A stretch of 63,123 nucleotides of DNA, filler included, from Nemertoderma westbladi (GCA_032718475.1; 3 parts of 3 records of this genome joined end to end with filler, not necessarily neighbours in it); one strand, 5' to 3'. Counted from the first letter of the whole stretch, positions 10,737 through 21,598 are shown. Made by a program: numbers and translations. The notes: generated by a model from the letters alone, not told the origin.

Positions 10737-12359
10737 ATGACTGACAATGACCATGGAGAAGTAATTTACCCAGTTCTTGTTGGTCTTATATTTTTGCTTA
10801 TATTTGCTGGTTTAGTTACGTGCTGCTTTCTGTGTACGGCAACAAATAAATCTGATATATTTGGTTACGAACTGGTGAGTTAAACTTTTTTTACAGATGA
10901 GCATGCCGCTCACATATAGGCCTACCATATTCATACATGCTTTACCCATAGGCCCTCCTGTGAAATCAGTACATATCTTGGCGTGATCTCCGGACTTTAA
11001 GTTTTGAGTCAAGTTCCACCTTGGTGTAGTGGAATTGAATCTCCAGAAGTAGTGGGTTCGTTCACCGCATAGGGGCCAGGCACGAATGCTTTAAAGGGAC
11101 CAGCCAGAGCTCATCTCTCCCTTGTGTCATTGTGGTAGCTCAATAAGTACTGGAGTTTCTTCTGGGGAGTGTAGTTCTGGGAGGGGGGGGGGGGGGGGGG
11201 TGCGCACTGGAAATGACTCGTGGATTTTGTACGATATCCCTGGCCTAACGGCCGAAGAAAACTTTATACTTTTACTTAACTATCTCAGTAACGCTTATAA
11301 AGTAGGATATGACTTTTATTTTAGAAACTATTTGCTGAAAGACCAGAAGACGTTGAAAGATGGGGCTCAGACCCAACGTGTACTATATGTTTGGACGTCA
11401 TTGTAGAAGATAATGTAATAGCTGAATGTCCGTGTGGTCATATATTCCATTCTCAGTGAGTTCTATCCGTTTAGTTAGTACAGTATATACTGCACATCAT
11501 ATACTGTATCAGGTGATATTTCCAGATATCCACCTATTGCGTAATTTTTTTAAGTTTACATTTTACGAAACTGCCTAAACCTTAACAATAAAAAGACTTG
11601 ATCTTGATGGCACATTCACAAGAATGCTACGCCGGGTTCATTGTGTCAAGTACAATGCACGCATCTCCAACCAGACACTATATTACATTCGAGGTGTCTC
11701 ATTGGTTCCCCCAAGCTTGAAACTAGATCAAAGCCGCCTGCGCTTTGCAGGACATTGCTTTCGCCGTGAAGACCAGCCAGTGCATAATCTTGTGCTTTGG
11801 CAGCCTCATGGAGTGAATAAGCATGGTGGATAAACCATGACTTTCTTGAGACGCATCTTAAATGAACCTGGCCTTGAAGATGCGGGTGATCTAGAAAATG
11901 CTAGCAATGTAGCGGCGCAATTTTGTCGATAAGCCGGCTCAGCATTCTTAATATATATATATGTATATTGTATATATAATGCAGCTATGTACAATGCAGC
12001 ATGCCGATCCTAGTAGTCGTAGATTTAAAGCGTTGTTTTTTGTGATACATCGAAATGATACATCTTCAACAGTTCTCGCCGGGTTTGGTTGTGTAATAAT
12101 AAAAAGGTTCCACCATTCCAAAATAGGATGTATTTTTACTTTAATGCTAAATTTATTATTTTAAACTACATATGTACAGTAGGACCTAATATATCATATA
12201 GGAATAACAAACATTTATTATCATATATGAATATTATTTTTATCCTACTGTAGATGTATCGATAAATGGTTACGTCGACGCCAAGTATGTCCGATATGTA
12301 ATGCTGCTGTTGGTTATTCACACCAAGACAATCAAGATAATCTTATTGAGATACACTAG
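10737..12359 (+). CDS. Single-pass membrane RING-H2 E3 ubiquitin ligase, RNF24/RNF122-like; exons 10737-10874, 11325-11455, 12254-12359; 124 aa
   Basis: GT-AG introns (phases 0, 2) give MTDNDHGEVIYPVLVGLIFLLIFAGLVTCCFLCTATNKSDIFGYEL/KLFAERPEDVERWGSDPTCTICLDVIVEDNVIAECPCGHIFHSQ/CIDKWLRRRQVCPICNAAVGYSHQDNQDNLIEIH*. Complete C3H2C3 motif, TM helix followed by CC and FGY; in-frame TAA just upstream of the ATG. Confidence 0.88.
11020..11200 (+). mobile_element. Degenerate tRNA-derived SINE-like sequence in intron 1 of the RING gene
   Basis: A-box-like TGGTGTAGTGG followed by partial B-box GGTTCG; no second copy recognised. Confidence 0.3.
11602..12021 (+). mobile_element. RTE family A, 3' fragment (intron 2 of the RING gene)
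   Basis: RLRFAGHCFRREDQPVHNLVLWQP; ends GCATGCCGATCCTAGTAG like the other family A copies. Confidence 0.9.
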
Positions 12360-12484
12360 AACTTCATAAGAATCACTTTTGATATATATTTTCGATTTAA
12401 ATGCATATTTTTTTACTAATTATCTGCTCTGAATATAACGTCATTTATTTTGTCACTTTGTTTCTTTATGTGTCTTTACATGAA

Positions 12485-12778
12485 TTATAGGAAGGGATCT
12501 AGGGGTCTTAACCTCGAATGATAAGTTTATTTTACCGAAAATAACTTATCTTTTATTGGCGCAATTGTACAGTAGGACTAATTCCATAACATGCGTACTT
12601 TTTAACCGGGCAGTGTACAAATTTAGGAATAGCGTAATTTTTTCTTGAAATTAATATCTCATATCTCTCCAAACCACGTACGCGTTTCGACCTTACTGGG
12701 TCTCATCAGCGTGGTGTCGGATTCGAACCTGGGACCTCGCGGTGGAAGCCGAGACAACAACCATTAGGCCACAGGTTC
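12485..12778 (-). mobile_element. tRNA-headed SINE carrying a hammerhead ribozyme (full copy)
   Basis: A box TGGCCTAATGG (12771-12761), B box GGTTCGAATCC (12729-12719), then hammerhead, then a body shared with copies at 13489-13647 and 52330-52543. Confidence 0.8.
12673..12715 (-). ncRNA. Minimal type I hammerhead ribozyme
   Basis: ACCACG-CUGAUGA-GACC(CAGUAA)GGUC-GAAA-CGCG-UA/CGUGGU: intact core, 6-bp stem I, 4-bp stem II, palindromic ACGCGU stem III; predicted cleavage after GUA between 12679 and 12678. Confidence 0.88.
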
Positions 12779-12835
12779 TTGAGGTAAGGAGTATTTATTT
12801 CAAAGCCAGCTGCCATTTAAAATTGTTACATTTAA

Positions 12836-13471
12836 CCCTATTAAACCCGGGGGTGGGTCAATATGACCCGCACCGTGGTTTTTTGGTTATAACTCTGAAA
12901 CAAACGCAGTGAGGAATCTGAAATTTATTGACTTTTCCCAAAAATCTATTGTCTTCCTAATAGTGAAAACGGTTTTCAAAAATATTGGGAAATTTTAGAG
13001 TTATAGCACCATTTTTTAACCCTACTTTTGGCACTTTTTTGAGGCGTTTTTTGACAACTACATTTCATTAAATATGATTTGTAACATCTCTATTTTTGAT
13101 TATGTTTTGGTGTTTGCAATTAGATGGAAATTATCTAAATAATTTTAGAAATTCCAAACTTGTTTTTTTCGGCGGGAGTCAGTTTTGGTGCCAGCACCAA
13201 ATTTTGAAATATGTTAAATTTGTAAATTGATTGTTTGAACCTGTTTTTTGCGCAATAGGGGTTTTTTTGGGAAATTTTTGAAAATAAGCATATTGATCAA
13301 TACAGTAGTAGATAGTATCATCTTGTTTCTTGCGTTATACGGGTTTATGGGGGTCCTGAATCCGATGGAATCAATAAAAACCGCACTGGACATTTCAATG
13401 CTGTATTGGACAATAGGACCCCCCCCCCCCTTGCTATTTGTACAACATTTTTTAGCCCGGTACTAATAGGG
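12836..13471. mobile_element. piggyBac-like non-autonomous element (MITE)
   Basis: TTAA|CCCTATTAAACCCGGG ... CCCGGTACTAATAGGG|TTCA: 13/16 TIR, CCC/GGG ends, TTAA target site (right copy mutated). Confidence 0.72.
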
Positions 13472-13488
13472 TTCATTTCAAATCAAAT

Positions 13489-13647
13489 TTCAAAAAAATT
13501 ACGCGATTCCTAAATTTGTACAATACCCGGTTAAAAAGTACGCATGTGATGGGATTACTCCTACAAATGCGCCATTAAAATATAAGTTATTTTCGGTAAA
13601 ATAAACTTATCATTCGAGGTTAAGACCCCTAGTTCCCTTCCTATAAT
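13489..13647 (+). mobile_element. 3' half of the hammerhead SINE, inverted relative to the 12485-12778 copy
   Basis: Reverse complement of ~12485-12650 with scattered mismatches. Confidence 0.85.
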
Positions 13648-14280
13648 AAAATATATAATAACAAACACCTCGATAAATACAGCTTGCCAACAAATTGTTA
13701 CTATCAGTTTATATGAATAAATATTTATTATGCAACTAGGATGATATTAAGACAATTTTTGAGCCGCGGGGTTATCAAATTGGACCGGGATGTGAAATAT
13801 TTGGTCTGAATAAAGTTTTTGGGGTGTGTCCAAATAGCCAATATACTGTAGGATATTTTAAGGGATGTGCCCAAAACTATAATATACCTTTAAAGCTCTT
13901 TCTATCCAAACATCTTACTGTCTGTCACATAAGAATATTGTTATAATTCGCTGTCGTCCCCTTACAACCATACAGTATAAGCAATTCGCAATGTTTATAG
14001 GCCATTATATAACATTATTATATTTGGAGGAACTGATTCATACCCCCCACCCCCATAAATTTACAGTCGGGTTAGCAGACTATACAAACATTATTATTGT
14101 CTGCTACCGGCACCTAAATCATCTTCATTCTTCACCATCAACATAGAAATACCGCATATTGTTAATTGATGAAAGAAATATATTGAATCTGTAGGCGATT
14201 TTATGGGGAGTCAAAATACCTCCCGATATGCGGAGTCTCTCCAGATCAATTTGTACATCTTCCTAGTCCAAAATAGCTTT

Positions 14281-15612
14281 ACTACTACTACTACTGTACT
14301 AGGTCGAGCAACTCGGACAGTGGAAATGAGATCCTTCCAGGCTTCCCGATTCTCCATAGTTGTCGCAATTTCGTTTCTCCCAAGTTCAGTATCCCTTTCA
14401 AGTTGATCTATCTATGTTCTGGCCGGTCGTCCACGACTACGCTTTCCATGAGTTGGTTGCCAGAAAAGTAGATCTGGTATGACCTCGTCTTTACTTCTCC
14501 AGCAGTGCCCACTGAATCTTAATCTGCGTTCACGGAGGGTGGTTGATTTGATACAGGTGGTATTGTACCATAAAGCTCGGCGTTTGTTATGTGATGTCTC
14601 CAGCTCATGTTTAGGGCTGTCCTTAGTAGTCTTGTGTAGCAGCTATCAATTCGTTGTTCAAGTGATTTAGTCAGTGTCCATGTCTCACCCCCGTATAAAA
14701 ATACACTTTCCACTGTGGCTCGAAAGAACTTAGTCTTCAGGTGCCTGGAGAGATCTGATTTCCAGATCCAGATAGTATCCATTTTTGATAGAGCTACCCA
14801 AGCCTTTGCTTTCCTAACTTCTATGTCATTTTTGCCACTCTCTATCATGATCCAAGGTACTGGAAGTCGTCGACCTTCCTTAGTTGATTATTATCAATGG
14901 TTGTCAAGTTTCCATCAACATTAAAGGTCATGAATTCGGTCTTGTTAGCATTTATATGCAATCCAACCTCCTTAGCAGCCCTCTCCACTTTATTCCGTAG
15001 AAGCTGTGCATCTGCTAGCGTATTAGAGAGCAGGGCGAGGTTATCCGCAAAGTCGGTGTCTGTGACTGCAGTTGCCGGATATCTACTACTTCTGCGTTCT
15101 TGAAGTGTGAATCCCAGATCTTCACAGTTTGTGGCCGTTCTCATTGCGTAATCCAGTACAATTACAAATAGTAATGGTGCTAATGTTGCAGTACGCCAGC
15201 CAGGATTGAGAAAAACTCAGTTGCACCATCTGGTGAGAGTACATGAGCTTCTGTGTCACAATATAACAATCCAATGCCAGTAACAATTACTTCTGGTATT
15301 CCATAAGCTCTTAGGATTTCAAGCATTTTACCTCTATGGAGGGAGTCGAATGCCTCCTTGAAGTCCACAAAAGTCATGACTGCGGGGAGATTCTTTAACT
15401 TAATTCCTTCAATCAGTCTCCGTAGTGCAAGTATCGGAGCTATTGTTGATCTATTTGGTCGAAATCCGTTTTGGCTCTTACGCAGTAGTTTCTCTATGTG
15501 AGGCCTAATCCTATATAGAATCATTTTATTGTATATTTTGGCAGCTACCACAAGCAGACAGATCCCACGATAGTTTGTTTGTATAACGAGGTCTCCTTTC
15601 TTGTGGAGAGGC
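14281..15612 (-). mobile_element. RTE family B, 5'-truncated and disrupted
   Basis: QNGFR, FVDFKEAFDS, DFADN, FQYLGS, LYGGETW in broken frames; 3' end GCTCGACCTAG followed by a (TAG)n-like tail. Confidence 0.92.
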
Positions 15613-16131
15613 CAAAATAGCTTTACATCTTATTTAGTCTTTGAATCGTCCAAATCATAATCTACCGTTAACTCTTGATAATATTGCAGTTCTTGCCCCT
15701 TTTACATGACCGTGCACTGTAATTTTATAAAGAGGTACAGTACATTACAGGAGTTTGAGTTAATAGATAATCAATATACTGTGGAAATAGGATATTTTAT
15801 TAAACAAATCTATAACGTTTGCAATTACCAGTTAACGGGGAGTAAACACCACGCCGACAACACAAATTTGAAACTGCATCTTGTGCTCTTGACTCTCATT
15901 TATTGTTTTGATTAGAATCCTTCCACTACTGTATAACCTGTCCGTATCCCTCAATTGATAATAAACTTAAGTTGCATTAAATATCATGGATCACGACGTA
16001 TTGTTTTTACACCGCAGTTAGAGTGCACATTAGATTAACAACAAACTAAAAAATGTTTCGCTATAATTTTATGAAACGTTTTTTATACCAAAATGAGAAT
16101 ACGTGTGTGAAAATGTGCTGACATTAATGTT

Positions 16132-16526
16132 TCAATAGTTTACTAAGAATGCGATTACAGTAGTGGGCAGTACAATCCAGGTCAGTCGATCAACTCTTGT
16201 TGCCTCGTTTTCCACACAAGCGTAGGTGCTGTTCCCCGGCTGGAACTCGACTATCTGTTTGGGATCGACGCAGCCGCATCTCTCGCCGACTATCTCCATC
16301 CCCGGGGTCCCACAGTCGTCTTCCCGGTACGGGTTCGGTTTCCGACACCGGAAACCGCGGACAGCCGGACGGGATTCCGTATCGAACGTCGCGAAAGATT
16401 CCCGGTCCAGGATCCACGCGCGGTAGTCGATCCCGGTGTGCCGACAGACACAACGCTTCGTCGAAGTTCCCGAGACCCCGCGGCATTCCGCGTTGGGCCC
16501 GCAGTCGTCGTTGTTTACGCAACGAG
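16132..16526 (-). CDS. Terminal exon of an extracellular Cys-rich (EGF/EB-like) protein with hydrophobic C-terminus, possible GPI signal; upstream exons not identified
   Basis: TTGTTTCAG acceptor, phase 1, then RCVNNDDCGPNAECRGVSGTSTKRCVCRH...CRKPNPYREDDCGTPGMEIVGERCGCVDPKQIVEFQPGNSTYACVENEATRVDRLTWIVLPTTVIAFLVNY*. GC-rich island in AT-rich DNA; this frame is not in the ORF track. Confidence 0.78.
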
Positions 16527-16667
16527 CTGAAACAATTAAACAAACAAATATCAGTGATCGCCGTTATAGATTTTATTTTGATTGCAATAATCTTTCGACG
16601 AGTAACATTTAACAACTGTCGAAAAATGAATTAAGAACGCCGTAAACAATGTCTTAATTTAATTTTC

Positions 16668-17826
16668 TTTCACAGTAAACCCTTCCACTCTGTTTCTTAA
16701 AGGAATCCCTGTTCACCACCATGGATGATCTTCCACATTAAACCATTCCACTGTTTCCTAAAGGAATGCCTGTTCTCCATGGGTGATCTTCCACAGTAAA
16801 CCCTTCCATTCTGTTTCCTAAAGGAATGTCTCTTCAACACCATAAGTAATCTTACACAGTAAACCCTTCCACTCTGTCTCCTAAAGGAATGCATGTTCAC
16901 CACCATGGGTGATCTTCCACAGTAAACCCTTCCACTCTGTTTCCGAAAGGAATGCCTGTTCACCACCATGGGTGATCTTCCACAGTAAACCCTTCCATTC
17001 TGTTTCCTAAAGGAATGTCTGTTCAACACCATAAGTAATCTTACACAGTAAACCCTTCCACTCTGTCTCCTAAAGGAATGCATGTTCACCACCATGGGTG
17101 ATCTTCCACAGTAAACCCTTCCACTCTGTTTCCGAAAGGAATGCCTGTTCACCACCATGGGTGATCTTCCACAGTAAACCCTTCCACTCTGTTTCCAAAG
17201 GAATGTCTTTTCGCCACCATGGGTGATCTTCCTCAGTAAACCCTTCCACTCTGTTTCCTAAAGGAATGCCCGTTCACCACCCTGGGTGATCTTCCACAGT
17301 AAACCCTTCCACTCTGTTTCCTAAAGGAATGTCTGTTCACCACCATAAGTAATCTTACACAGTAAACCCTTCCACTCTTTTTCCTAAAGGAATGTCTGTT
17401 CACCACCATGGGTGATCTTCCACAGTAAACCCTTCCACTCTGTTTCCTAAAGGAATGCCTGTTCACCACCATGGGTGATCTTCCACAGTAAACCCTTCCA
17501 CTCTGTTTCCTAAAGCAATGTCTGTTCACCACCATGGGTGATCTTCCACAGTAAACCCTTCCACTCTATTTCCTAAAGGAATGTCTGTTCACCACTATAA
17601 GTAATCTTACACAGTAAACCCTTCCACTCTGTTTCCTAAAGGAATGCCTGTTCACCACCATGGGTGATCTTCCACAGTAAACCCTTCCACTCTGTTTCCT
17701 AAATAAATGTCTGTTCACCACCATGGCTGATCTTCCACAGTAAACCCTTCCACTCTGTTTCCTAAATGAATGTCTGTTCACCACCATGGGTGATCTTCCA
17801 CAGTAAACCCTTCCACTCTGTTTCCT
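16668..17826. repeat. 63-bp minisatellite, ~18 copies, with a duplicated 3-unit (189-bp) block
   Basis: Unit cacagtaaacccttccactctgtttcctaaaggaatgcctgttcaccaccatgggtgatcttc; 21-aa periodicity in the spurious ORFs. Confidence 0.96.
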
Positions 17827-18100
17827 ACTACTAGGATCGGCATGCTGCATTGCAGCTGCATTTTTAAGAATGCTGTGCCGGCTTGTCAACAAAATTGCAC
17901 CGCCACAACTCCCTATCACCCATGACATTTGCTAGATCATCCGCATCTTTAAGGCCAGTGTCCTTTAAGATGCGTCTCAAGAAAGTCATGGGCTGTCCAC
18001 CATGCTTATTCACTCCATGAGGCTGCCAAAGTACAAGATTATGCACTGGCTGGTCCTCACGGCGAAAGCAATGTCCTGCAAAGCGAAGGCGATTTTGTTC
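17826..18100 (-). mobile_element. RTE family A, 3' fragment fused to the 63-bp array
   Basis: Near-identical to 48830-49103; the CCTAGTAGTAG tail runs into GAAACAGAG of the repeat. Confidence 0.92.
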
Positions 18101-18753
18101 ATCTTATAGATACTACCATATATCCTCCCTCCTCTTTACTCCCTTTATCCCTCTATACATCGCTATCGAAAATATAGCATACTTCGTCCCACCTTCTCTT
18201 CCCAATGTGCTCGGAGCTTTGGGAGACGATCGACCAATCATTGCCGTATCGTGGTATGGATCATACCGCCTCCTAATAAATCCCCACCCCTTACTGTTTA
18301 TTTGTATGCTCATATTGGTGTCCGCACCTCTCGTCCATGTCACATTCCACATTCTGTTGATATTTATGATATCAACTTCCACCCTCGCGTTGTTGATTAG
18401 AAAATCAACCACCAATAATTTCCTTAAGTCCGCAACCGTGATACAAACAAGGACTGAAAGGACACGAGGATAGTTTGTGAACAACTGGTACCATTATGTG
18501 TCATAAATCTGGTTGTTCACCTCCCTCAATGATTGGAGAAATAAATCTTCTGTAGAACAACTGAGACAAACATATCCTTGAACTGGTATTTACCTCCTCG
18601 CTAGGGATAAATTCATTTAGAGATAGTCTTCGAATGATTGAATCCTCCTACTGAGATCGTATTTCTGAATATTTCTGAATACGACATAGGCCTTCCCCTG
18701 CTCTCTACCACTACCATCAATGGCGGAAAACATATTAGTCATCCTACAGGAAC

Positions 18754-19158
18754 ATGGAGAACATTCCATACGCTTTCGTTGATACTCAGCTGATTGCTCC
18801 CTGGGCAGAAGGTCGAGGTTTCTTCCGCACCATGTATGCTAATACGTCTAGCAACATTACCAAGGTGCAACGAACTTCCATCGGACATCTTGCCTTTCAG
18901 GAATACGGATGGAATTTCAAAGTCGGAAATCCCATTAACTATCAACAAGTATACGGAGACCATTATTCTCGATTATACTTTGATGGACCATTGACCACAC
19001 CTGGCGCCGTGTATAGCTTCATGAGTGTTCCACTCCGTCCCTCCTTAGCTATATACACGATCTTTGAAAACACCGCACTTGCCGGTTGGCTAGCCGATGT
19101 GTGCAGTCGTACTATACGCGCCCGCCCATCCATTAATACTTGGGACCAAACTCGCTAA
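18754..19158 (+). CDS. Hypothetical 134-aa protein, probably part of the LTR-element internal region
   Basis: ATG-initiated ORF of normal composition overlapping the start of the 478-aa frame; no motif recognised. Confidence 0.35.
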   Translation: MENIPYAFVDTQLIAPWAEGRGFFRTMYANTSSNITKVQRTSIGHLAFQEYGWNFKVGNPINYQQVYGDHYSRLYFDGPLTTPGAVYSFMSVPLRPSLAIYTIFENTALAGWLADVCSRTIRARPSINTWDQTR

Positions 19159-20533
19159 ACTAAATGAACATAATAAATTCATCCGTTTCGAATGTTTCCG
19201 GAGATTTTTAACCCCGTTCCGCAATGTGGATAGCCAATTTAAAGACCGCGCTTTGACCAAACTCAGCCTAAGAAACTCAGCTGCAGAGAAGTTGGATAGC
19301 GCTGGATTCGCCATTTTCAAAGAGATTTGTATATCGAACTTGCACTCCTCTGTTATACAAAGACCTCGAATTCCCACAGGTTATTCTGTCATGGAAATCC
19401 AGACAATAGGTCCATCTGAAGAGACAGACGCGCCCACTTCAGCTATGCACTTGGAAGACGAACCAATATGTCTAGAATCTGAAGAGATTCAGCCTATCGC
19501 GCCCCGGAACAGCGATAACGATTACATCATAGAATGGTATCAAGGTCCACAGTGTCTCACTGCGTACGATTATCGACATGCCAACTATGTTTCTAGGCAA
19601 CGTTGTCGGTTATGCGCATCGAGAGACCACGATACGCCCATGGACACCAACGTCCGCTGTTCCTATTTCCAAGAACAACCGACTATGGAAATTTATTGCG
19701 CATATTGCAGACTCAATAACTTGCATATCTTTGCGGTTTGCCCTCAATTTATGACTCAATGTCACCATTGTCAACTAAAGGGACATGCTAGTTTCGACTG
19801 CCCTTTTAATCACGATTTGGAAAGCGTAGATGAAATGATCACACTGCGTTACATCAGAGCTTGGGAAGCGAACGCTGATTTACATTGTGATTCGCGCCAT
19901 CGCTATTATCCCGGACGCGCTTACGAAGGAGTTTATGCGTTCCATCCTTATCTATTCGCTTCGGTTGAACAGAAATCACGCATATCAAGTTACGAGCTAC
20001 TGAAGCGTGTCGGAGAATGTATTTCAACTAAATTCGTACGCAAATTTATCAGGAGTGTTAATCCTAGCGACCTTCATTCCTATAACTTAATCAATTATAT
20101 CCGTCAGGATCCGGACTATGGAGACTTGTTTGTTAACTCACACCCCGAGTTGCAGGAAGTACATCGAAGGCCTTACGAATACCGAGCCCGCGAACGCGAG
20201 TTGGAAAGGACCATTAAACCTCGGAAGTTTCTAACTGCCTATGGTCCACCCACGGCCCTCGTTCAGACCACTCGTAAAGGACCCGTAAGAGCGGCTGTCT
20301 TGAAACGAGCTCTCAAAGCCGTTAGACCCCTCTCACCTGACATTGATGTCAATCAACCCGGTACTTCGACTGGCGGATATACCGACCATAATCCTACACC
20401 CTCTGATGCAATCATATTGCACCCTTCACCCAGGAGTTATAGCCCTCCTTGTAAAGTGGCTCGCCCCAAAGAGAAAAGGACTCTGGCTAGCTTTAAAAAA
20501 CTGCGTAAACGCCGTCCGCGCAAGAAAGACTAA
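19097..20533 (+). CDS. Zinc-knuckle protein with basic C-terminal tail at the 3' end of an LTR element (first ATG at 19391)
   Basis: 478-codon open frame; CRLCASRDH...C, CAYCRLNNLHIFAVC, CHHCQLKGHASFDC (Cx2Cx4Hx4C); ends KKLRKRRPRKKD, ~70 nt before the PPT. Confidence 0.7.
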   Translation: MCAVVLYAPAHPLILGTKLAKLNEHNKFIRFECFRRFLTPFRNVDSQFKDRALTKLSLRNSAAEKLDSAGFAIFKEICISNLHSSVIQRPRIPTGYSVMEIQTIGPSEETDAPTSAMHLEDEPICLESEEIQPIAPRNSDNDYIIEWYQGPQCLTAYDYRHANYVSRQRCRLCASRDHDTPMDTNVRCSYFQEQPTMEIYCAYCRLNNLHIFAVCPQFMTQCHHCQLKGHASFDCPFNHDLESVDEMITLRYIRAWEANADLHCDSRHRYYPGRAYEGVYAFHPYLFASVEQKSRISSYELLKRVGECISTKFVRKFIRSVNPSDLHSYNLINYIRQDPDYGDLFVNSHPELQEVHRRPYEYRARERELERTIKPRKFLTAYGPPTALVQTTRKGPVRAAVLKRALKAVRPLSPDIDVNQPGTSTGGYTDHNPTPSDAIILHPSPRSYSPPCKVARPKEKRTLASFKKLRKRRPRKKD

Positions 20534-20611
20534 CTGTTTAGAGTATTTACGTATATTAGAAACTGTGATTTTGTATATTTTATAGAATCAAATCCCATTT
20601 TCTGGGAGCGG

Positions 20612-21598
20612 TGTAAAAGCTTCTGTGGGATATAACTGGCCCTTTTGCTTCGCAATCCAGTTTCCCCCCAGGCGCTGGAATACTCTAAAAAGGTTCTCTA
20701 ACTGTATATATATTCCCCTCGCCCGCAAGGTACCGTTACAGGTGTTTTTAACGGACATAAAAGTCATTCTGCTATATACGTGTTTTAGCGGACATGGTAA
20801 GGCAAAAAACCTGCAATGCGACAAATACCTTTCATAGCTTAGCCGTGATGATTCATATTACGACATCTAACAGCTGGTTGCTGACATGGAAACAGCCATT
20901 GGACGCATGGTTCTTTGTTTGGCTTGAGCCAATCAGAGCGATTTTTTCCTGTCGACGTGTAGCTTTTTGGTCGATCATAAGGAGTGTGTTCAGTCTTACT
21001 GTTTTTTCTTGATACTTTGTTGTTATTGCTGTCTAGGCCAGGAACAACGGCTCTAGAGTCAATTCGTTTCATACTTTTAGAAGAAACATTAGTAGGCTTA
21101 AATTATAGAGCGTATGACTGTTATCATATCAATACACAGTCCAGTCCATGTCATATATCACATATCATACTGTTGTTCATATCATATCTTAACCTACCGT
21201 CTTAATGCTTTTACCGTTGTCATATTTTGTATTAGTTGGTTGAATATTATTTGGAGAACATTTATAAAGAACCCAAATTTCCCAATTTTCTTGATACACT
21301 ACAGGTTAGAGAGACGGGTTATATATAGCGATTGCGACTTATATTGTTGTGGTTTGTAGTGAATTTAATGCTATTTGATAAGCCCTACATGAGTCAATTG
21401 CTGTTCGCTTTATATATGATAAAATTCATTGACGGTCGGCAAATTAGTGAACAGTATTGTGTGTTACCGGTAGTGTGCATGATTGTGATTGATAACTAAG
21501 CATTTCCTAAAGAATGCGCCTCATACGTGAATCTTAAGCCTTACCGACTTACCGTTGTGATTAGTATAAGTCATATCTCTGTTTACTTAGATAGAGCG
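20612..21598 (+). mobile_element. 3' LTR (copy 1) of an unclassified LTR family, cut by a scaffold gap
   Basis: GGGAGCGG PPT then TGTAAAAG; collinear with, but diverged from, 26463-27480. Confidence 0.7.

Noticed and set aside
12705-12778. Functional tRNA gene
   Set aside because: A and B boxes present, but the acceptor stem does not pair and the anticodon arm is imperfect.
12485-13647. Single foldback DNA transposon with 160-bp TIRs
   Set aside because: The arm occurs alone at 52330-52543 and continues into a hammerhead and tRNA head, so it is better read as two SINE copies.
16190-16634. Track ORFs of 141 aa (-) and 145 aa (+)
   Set aside because: Arg-rich shadows of the Cys-rich exon, which is in another minus frame.
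16655-16700. 63-bp array seeded at a plus-strand splice acceptor (TTTTCTTTCACAG)
   Set aside because: No plus-strand gene found here; the TSD-flanked monomer at 29169 offers a better origin.
16697-17928. MVVNRHSFRKQSGRVYCGRSP repeat ORFs
   Set aside because: 63-bp minisatellite with frame-breaking indels and stops; no coding evidence.
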